DNA from: Takakia lepidozioides
Taxonomy: Eukaryota; Plantae; Bryophyta
Reading direction: 5' to 3'
DNA: 64,000 bases
Assembly (NCBI GenBank): GCA_030704615.1
Contig: CM060734.1
Location: 53,630,001-53,694,000 of the forward strand
The notes under the pieces are model-generated. The model saw nothing but the letters and a program-made list of their open reading frames with translations. It was not told where the DNA came from and did not search any database. Shown here piece by piece: positions 55,704 through 64,000 of the stretch (position 1 is its first letter; each line of letters starts with the position of its first letter). The translations under genes and the position numbers were made by a program.

Positions 55704-57399
55704 TTGTGTCGTTGTACTTTTGTTGTCTTTGGTGTTATTGTCAGACGTTGGATGCACACGGTCGTTTCCCAGCTCCTCAGTTTATTGTTGGCTGAACACA
55801 ACAGTCACTTTTTCTCGTTACTAATAATATGTATATTTTTAGATTTTTTTTTGAATATATATATATATATTCCCTGCTCCGGGGGTAGGGTGAATTATTA
55901 ATGATAAATATTTGTCTTATTATTTTATATAATAAAATGTTTAATTTATTTCGACGGTTTACCACAGGGTGGAATTCCATTTTGCCTCGTCGTCCAGAGG
56001 CGCTTCGTCAATCTAATATCTATGTGTTCAGCCGTTGAGTTATTCGCTCAGTGTCTCTATTTCTGGATATTCGCGATGGTTTCCACAGGCTCTCCTCCTC
56101 GTCCTCTCCGTTCTGCTGCAGATGGCCTGGTGCAATTGACATAGGGTCATACATGTTAAGGCATTTGCTGAATTATTTCAAACTTAAGATTGTTTTTTTA
56201 CTTTGAAGGGTTTGGGGTGGGGGGGGGGGGGTCAACTACTAGGCTATGAACTATGTTCAAATTGTTGAAGGTGTCCTGATCTCGAGTAGATGATTGGAAG
56301 TCTATGTGCCAAGTCCATGAACCAGTTCTATGCGCCGTCCGTGGAGCGGCTCGGACAATGACGACGACATTGTTTCTTATGATGTCGTTTCGAGGATAGT
56401 CACATGTATTTATAAGCAGCAATTTTTTTTTTTCGGAGGGAGTGATCATCATCGTTTTGTCGTTACAAACCGTCGGATGCGGCGTCTACCTCGGTCCTTT
56501 GGTGGACGCCTCAGTCCATCGGTGGACAGTGGACCGTTGGAGGTAGACAATCGTTTTCCATCCTCCAAGTTTATCGTTGGCAGATTTCTTGTTATTAATA
56601 TTAATAGTTTTTTTTCAAATCATTTCTATGAATTTCTTTCCTTACCTGGTGCATGAGGTAAGTCATTGGAATGTGGCATAGGGTGAAATTGACGGTCATT
56701 TCTTTAGCCATTGAGGTTATCATTGGCTGAACACGACGGTTTCCATTTTCCTCTTTTAATAGTTAATATGGACTTCAGCCTGTTGAGCGAATTCTACACA
56801 CCCATCCTTTAGCTATCCGAGGCAGATACTCAAGAGTGGAGGTGCTGGAATATAATGAGTGGTTGTTCAAAACAGTCAAACATGACCTGCGTCTAAAGTT
56901 TCATGGGGGTGCCATGAATCTGCTCATTCATGAGTTCATGATAAGTTGATTTATCAATGAATTTGGGTATCCTAGTTATAGATTACTTATGTAATCTCTT
57001 TAGTTCATGTTCTTTTTACTATCTAAGCATGTCACAGCTTCACTCAGGTCTTTCTACGCAGTATGGGAGTCGGAGTTTGATTCGCTTGATGTAATATTCA
57101 TGGTGTACAATTAGGTTGTAGCCTCTATGGCCTCAGCTTGGCCTCCTATTTCTACTCCGATACTTTGTTTTCTCATATCTCATCTGTAGGGGCTGCTCTC
57201 AGGCTCACTGTTGATGTCACGCTCCTCCACCCTAGCCCAGCCGGTGCTTCCTATTTCCTGCTTCTACTGTATGCCATCATGTAAATGATCCATTTTCTTG
57301 TCCCTTTGTTGCTTTTATACCCCTGCGATCCGTCCTAATCGCCGTTAACTACCTTGACTCTAACCGTTATGGATCCCTTTCTTGGTTCTGATTCAACTA

Positions 57400-58350
57400 T
57401 TGCGCTCATGGTCCTGTTACCCGTCATGATTGTGGGTTCCCACTCATGGCCTACGTCATCATGGTCCACGTTCCCAGTCATGGTTGGCATTCCCGCTCAT
57501 GGCCCGCTCATGGTCGGCGTTCCTAGTCGTACATGATCGTGTGTTCCCACTCATGGTGGGCATTCCCGGTCATGGAACGCTAATGGTGTTCATGGTTTCT
57601 CAGCCATGACCTAATCCTCATGGTCACAAAATCATGTTGGCTCATGGTCGTTGTGCCATGAAGATTCATGGCCGTAGTACCATGACCGCTCAATTTCAAC
57701 CTCTCAGTTAGGGAATTCTTCTAGCTATACAATGGTCAATTTTTGCCTTTCAAATAAACAATTGTAGAATGATCAATTTGATCTTTTCAAATGGACAATT
57801 CTAGATTGCACAAATATTAATTTCAGCTGTTAAAATTGGTAATTCTAGCCCCCCTAATGGCCAATTCCAACCCTTGAACTACAATGTAAAATGCAATTCA
57901 AGCCCTTCAAATTGGCAATTCCAGTCCCTAAAATGGCCAACTCCGGCCGCCCCTTAAAGTGTAATTTGAGCCCTGAAATTTGTCAATTCCAGCCCCTGAA
58001 ATGGCAATTTCAGCTCCTGAAATTGGCAGTTCCAGCCCCTCAAATTGCAAGTATAGCCCCTGAAATTGGCAATTCGAGCCCATTCGAATTTTAATTCCAG
58101 CCCCTCAAATGGCCAATTCAAGCCCCTCAAATCGTATTTCCAACCCCTGAAATCAATGTAATTTACTAAGTTCGAGCCCCCTCAAATTGCAATTCTAGCC
58201 CCTAAATTGGGAAATTCCTGCCTTTGAAATGACAATTGTAGCCCCTAAATTGGGTAATTCTAGGAACCCTTCAAACTAATATTTCTAATTTAAATGAGGG
58301 AATGGTATTCTCAAAGTTAATAATGTACATTTGGAAGAGCCCTTGAAATG
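57400..58350. repeat. Two adjacent degenerate short-period repeat tracts (TCATGG-rich; then AATTCCAGCCCCT.AAATTGGC ~21-22 bp)
   Basis: TCATG(G/A) recurs through 57400-57690, and CAATTC.AGCCCCT.AAAT recurs more than 10 times through 57830-58270. Confidence 0.75.
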
Positions 58351-58822
58351 GACAATTTTAAGGATTTACAATGGTCCCAATCCCTTAACCCTAAACCAAC
58401 AATTTGAACATAATTTAGCTTCAAACCATTAAAACTTTCAACAATTTAGCTTTATACATATGTACACAATATACGATGTCTCAACCATAAAGTTTTATTA
58501 AATTACATGACTAAATTACAATGTCATTTTGAGTATACTAATGGGCGGGATATGGCAGGTCGTCCATGGGACTATAAGTTACTTGATCTGAATGTCATTG
58601 TATTATATTATGTTTGTACTGCTCCAATACACAAGCTGGATGCCATATCCATTATTTGATTTGTATGAGATGATAATGCAACTTTGGTGTATTGTTCATT
58701 GCAGTTCAAGGTTGGTGACAAGGTGGTTTTATTCGACCCTTGTGCACCAAAACGAAGGGCAGACTGGAGTGTATATCTGGCTGTAGCAACGAGGATGAGT
58801 GGCAGGGCCATATTGTGCTAGC

Positions 58823-59449
58823 TGTCACGGACATAGCCCAGAGGAACTTACCAGGAGTACATACCAGAAGTTACCAAATTACCATGTTACCAAAAATTAC
58901 CACAACTTACCGTGATTTACCATGATACACCATGATTTACCATTACTTACCAAGTTACCGAGAGTTTACCAAATTATCAAGAGTAACTTGGGAAACTACT
59001 CATGAAGCTTCCTTTGGAGAAAACTTCTCCATCAAGATACCTCCTTTGTTTAAGGAAGCTTCACCATCAATAAACCTTTGTTTAATCTTGGAAACTTCTC
59101 CAACAAGAAACCTCCATAGGGGAAGCTTCTTAATAGCTAGTATATATAGGAGGCGAGACTAGACACTCTTCAGTCTCGCCAACACCAGTTCAAGTTACTC
59201 TTGTTTCTAGTTCCCAGTACTCCAGTCCAGTTCCCAGTACTCTAGTATCCGGTACTCCAGTCCAGTTTCTAGCATTCCAGTATTCAAGTCGTGTTCCAAT
59301 ATCTTGTACTCTTGTTCATTATTATAAAGATCGTTTTGATTCTTATTTACTCATCATGCATTCGTCTACGCCGACCTTGATTTCTTGTCTAGTCTTGTAC
59401 CTCTAGTATGATCTCTTGTTTGTGTTCAGTCATGTTCTCGTCCTTGACA
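58823..59449 (+). repeat. Ty3/gypsy 5' LTR
   Basis: TGTCA...TGACA termini, a TATATATAG box at ~59141, and internal TTACC and CCAGT micro-repeats. The partner LTR is not in the window. Confidence 0.8.
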
Positions 59450-62400
59450 GTTTGGCGAGACTGCAGTTTGTTCTTTAGTTAGTTAAGATGGAAGGCACAT
59501 TTCTTCAGCTCCAGATGCAAGAACTTTGTACATCTACCGCCCAATTGCAAGCTGATCAGTCTCAGGATCTTGGCAACGCTCTCCACGATTTGCAACAACA
59601 AATTTCAGAGTTAAAGGAGTCGAACAATGGATCTTCAACCATACGAGTCCCTACTGCAACAGCTCCTACTGCAACGGTTCATCTTCAACAGATTACGAGA
59701 GAACCAAAGATCAGCATGCCCGAGAAATTTGATAGGACGCGATCAAGATTTCGCGATTTTGTTCAACAAGTATGACTGTTCCTACGACTACATCCACAAC
59801 GCTACCCCGATGAAGGTATTCAAGTGGGATTCGTGGACACCCTTCTATCAGGCACTGCCCTATCTTGGTTTGCACCGCTACTAGAAAAAAAATCGCATTT
59901 ACTATATAATTTTGAAGCATTCATGTCCGAGTTCACTGCAACGTTTAGAGAAATTGATAGAGAGAGAGTTGCAGAAACAAAGATGCGAAATCTTCGACAA
60001 GGAGCACGTCATGCTTCCATTTATGCTGCCGAATTTCGACAACTTGCATGCGACCTCGACTGGAATGAGAAGAGCCTCATTAGTCAGTTTCGATGTGGAC
60101 TAAAGGATGATGTAAAAGATTTGTTGCTAACAATGTCAAACGTGAGCACACTGAGTGAATTCATCACCCAAGTCATTGCATGCGATAATCGTTTGTTTGA
60201 AAGACGTCAAGAGAAGCGATCTGGATGGTCGACGACGCATCATATCACTGCTCCTACGACACCAAATACAACGATCCATCAGACATCCAATAGTGATCTT
60301 ATGCAGATTGATGCTGTCCGATTCAAACCATTGACGCCACAACAAAAACAAAGACGGCGCTCGAATGGATTATGCCTCTATTGCGGAGAAGAAGATCATA
60401 TAGCATTAAACTGCCCCAACAAGAAAAGATTCAAAGCTCGGGGCACAACTCAAGTGTTCGATACGAGGAGGTCGGAAAACGACGATGTCCAGTCACAATA
60501 GGGACCATGCGGCTGGACACTACAAATTTCTTACCGAAAAAAATGTCTCTTTCTACCTCCAGACCCTGCACCTTGCTTCACAATTCCAGTATAAATCAGA
60601 GTGCAAAATCGAGATATCGTTGTAGAAGCACTTTTGGACTCGGGAGCTTCAGCTTGTTTTATGGACAAAAACTTTGCGAAGCAACACAATTTAACGCTCG
60701 TAAAGAATAAACTCTCGGCCCCCGTTGAAGTCATCGATGGACGACCGTTAGCATCAGGAAATGTGGACCATGAAACTCGACCACTTGAAGTGAAGCTTAA
60801 AGATCAAGCATCACATATTGTTTTCAATGTCATCCAGTCTCCAACGAATCTTGTGATCCTTGGATTTCCCTGGTTCGTACTTCACAATCTCGACATCGAC
60901 TGGCGATCGCGAAAAATTTCTGCAAGACAAAAATGTAGAAATATCAAAGGTATTCAACCCATATTCCTTGGAGCTAAAGCTTTCATGAGAGCTACCAAAA
61001 AAGAGGCGGCATTTGCACTTTATGCGACTCCGATCAAGACCACAACAGACAAAGGTATTTCAACATTACCCACTCAATATCAAGATTTCAAAGATGTCTT
61101 CGAGAAGAAAAATGCAGACATGTTGCCAGAACATCGACCTTATGACTGTGCAATTGAGTTACAAGAAGGAGCCCAACCACCATTCGACCCAATCTATAAC
61201 TTATCCCAGACGGAGTTGGCTGCATTACGTGAATACATTGATGAAAATTTGTCGAAGCACTTCATCCGACATTCAAAATCACCCGCGGGGGCACCTATTT
61301 TGTTTGTGAAAAAGAAAGACGGATCATTACGCATGTGTGTCGACTATCGCGGTCTCAACAAAATCACAATCAAGAATCGTTATCCGTTGCCGCTGATTTA
61401 TGGGCTTCTCGACCAGCTGGGACGAGCGAAGATTTTCACCAAAATCGACTTGAGAGGAGCCTATAACCTTGTACGGATAAAAGAAGGAGACGAATGGAAA
61501 ACAGCTTTTCGAACAAGGTATGGACATTTTGAATACAGTGTTATGCCTTTCGGTCTTACCAATGCTCCAGCAATTTTCCAACATATGATTAATGACATCT
61601 TTCGAGAATTTTTAGATGACTTTGTAGTCATCTATTTGGACGACATTTTGATATTTTCACAGAATGAAGAAGAACATGGCCGCCATGTACGCCTTGTCTT
61701 TGATAAATTAACAGAAAGAGGACTATATGCCAAGTTGGAGAAATGTCTTTTTCATCAATCTGAGGTTGAATTTCTGGGCTACATTATTTCCGACAAATGC
61801 GTCTTTATGGATCAGAAGAAAATACAAACCATCATCGAGTGGATTAAACCAACTTCGATCCGAGATGTACAATGTTTTCTGGGCTTTGCAAATTTCTATA
61901 GAATCTTCATCAATGACTACTCCAAAATTGCTGCACCGTTGACACGACTCACAGGGAATGACAAATTTGTATGGGACGAGAGGCTGACTAGGCATTTGAA
62001 AGGCTGAAGCAGGCATTTACAACGGCTCCAATACTGGTACATGCAGACCCATCTAAACCATTCTTCTTAGAATCAGATGCATCGGACTTTGCACTTGGCG
62101 CGGTACTCTCGCAATACGATACAGATGGCCGACTCCACCCTGTTGGTTTTCATTCTCGCAAATTTTCCGCTGCGGAGATCAATTATGAAATGCATAACAA
62201 ATAACTTCTAGCGATTATCGATGTTTTTGAGGAGTGACGACATCTATTGGAGGGAGCTAAACATCAGGTCACTGTCTATACCGATCACAAAAACCTCGAA
62301 TATTTTATGAGTGCTCGTGTTTTGAATCGACGTCAAGCAAGATGGAGTATGTCACTAGCAAGGTTTGATTTTGTTATTACCTACCGTCCCGGGCATCTTC

Positions 62401-63862
62401 AAGGAAAATCAGATGCTCTTTCTCGACGATCGTATCTTGCGCCAAAAGAAGGGGATGCAGTTTTTGACCAACAAAAATTCATTATCTTGAAACCAGCAAA
62501 TCTCCAATTGAATATGTTATCCATGTCCACCTATGACGATGCAGAGATCATAAAGGAGATTCATGAAGCACTGAAGAACGACCATTTTGCTACGACACTA
62601 CGAAGTCAACTAAATCAACCTCGAGACAACCCACATGTTACAAACGACTTCGAATCCAAAGATGGCTTACTTTACTTCAAGGGACTTTTCTATGTACCTC
62701 CAGGACCTACACGACTTCGAATCTTCAAAACATGTCATGATCTTCCGGCTGCAGGACATTTCGGCTTCAACAAAACATTGAAGTTGATATCCAGGGACTA
62801 TTAGTGGCCGCAAATGTGGAAACTCGTGAAAGAATTCATAAAATCTTGTGACACGTGTGCTAGAGCGAAGGGACCACGACATCGACCTTACGGCCTTCTT
62901 CAACCATTACCCATTCCCGAGGGTCCATGGTCGTCCGTGTCTATGAACTTTATTACGGACCTTCCAATTCCAAGACCACCGATTCAATCCTTGTATTGTA
63001 GATCGTTTTACGAAGATGACACATTTCATTTCATGTAATAAGACGGTTACCGGCGAGGAAAAGGCAAGACTCTTCATCAATAATATCTACCGCATTCATG
63101 GACTCTCGAAGGACATCGTATCTGATCGAGGACCACAGTTCATATCAAATTTCTGGAGGGGATTATTTCACATATTGGATACTAAGATCAACCTCTCTAC
63201 AGCTAATCATCCACAGACTGATGGTCAAACCGAACGTGTAAACCGGATTTTGGAGCATATCTTCGCTGTACGATAAATTATCACCAAGATAATTGGACGG
63301 ACCTTCTGTCATTGCTGAGTTTGCCTACAACAACACTATACATTCTTCGACCAAGCAAACTCCGTTTTTCTCCAATTATGATCATCATCTTCGAGCAAAC
63401 CATTTCCACATGAAGACTGTTGGAAGCCCTGTTGTAGAAAACCTTGCTACTCATCTAGCTATGATTCACAAGGAGCTTACATCCCACCTCGCAGAAGCTC
63501 AAAAACAATACAAGGAGTATGCAGATCAACGTCACCAACTCCAACCCCAGTTCAAGGTCGGAGATCGTGTGTGGCTTCTTCGACGAGACATACAAACCTC
63601 GCGACCATCAAGGAAGTTGGATTATCAACGCCTGGGACCATTCAAAATTATTCGACAAATAAATCCGGTCAGTTTTCGGCTTGAACTCCCACGAAGTATG
63701 CGCATCCATCCATTCTTTCATGTTTCATTATTGGAGTTGTATCATCCATCAAATATTCCAGGGAGAGTCTCCGTACCACCTCCACCAGTCGAAGTCAATC
63801 AAGAACTTGAGTATGAAGTCGACGAAGTTCTAGACTCTCGCATCAAGTATAAACGTCTTGAA
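58823..63862 (+). mobile_element. Ty3/gypsy chromovirus (Tcn1-like) LTR retrotransposon, decayed and truncated in the chromodomain
   Basis: 5' LTR TGTCA...TGACA at 58823-59449. gag (EPKISMPEKFD, MQIDAVR, CLYCGEEDHIALNC); protease ALLDSGAS; RT ([20 protein letters not shown]); RNase H ([18 protein letters not shown]); integrase ([10 protein letters not shown]...CDTC, SDRGPQF, HPQTDGQTERVN, GPF); chromodomain start EYEVDEVLDSR. Several stops and frameshifts. Confidence 0.95.
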
Positions 63863-64000
63863 GTGGATAGTACTAAATGAAGTAGATCGATCAAGTTCGT
63901 TGCCCTCCCCATCTCCCCATCGTCTGCGTGTGGGTAACTAGATCCAGCGCTCTCCAACATCTCAACGCCTTGCGTTCTTGAGACTCGATGTGTGTTGTTT

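Noticed and set aside
58382-58397. Telomere-like CCTTAACCCTAAACC
   Set aside because: Only about two units, too short to call an interstitial telomeric repeat.

Overview
Eukaryotic nuclear DNA from a land plant, probably a non-seed plant (bryophyte/lycophyte-type; inferred from the Tcn1-like chromovirus and the hAT style). The window holds nine intron-containing host genes: a CCCH zinc-finger protein, a VOC/glyoxalase, a USP, a bacterial-type Zn-dependent MDR dehydrogenase, FHY1-like HAD hydrolase, an SRPBCC/polyketide-cyclase-like protein, NDUFS8, plastid NDPK2 and a NEN-type DEDDh exonuclease. These are interspersed with transposons: a hAT 3' end, a MITE, Helitron-like termini, an internally deleted Copia with both LTRs and a TSD, LINE remnants, and a Tcn1-like Ty3/gypsy with a self-priming PBS. 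The most notable feature is a decayed, intron-containing Fanzor1 (eukaryotic TnpB-like RNA-guided nuclease) locus at about 52.26-55.5 kb on the minus strand. A hairpin-dense omegaRNA-like tract follows its stop codon and ends about 90 nt upstream of the NEN start codon. A host RPS28 gene fragment sits inside one of its introns. Its RuvC-III motif plus half of the zinc finger (CCPNPACYRTTWNRDANAA) is present intact but micro-inverted onto the opposite strand. All family assignments come from motif recognition by eye; no database searches were run.
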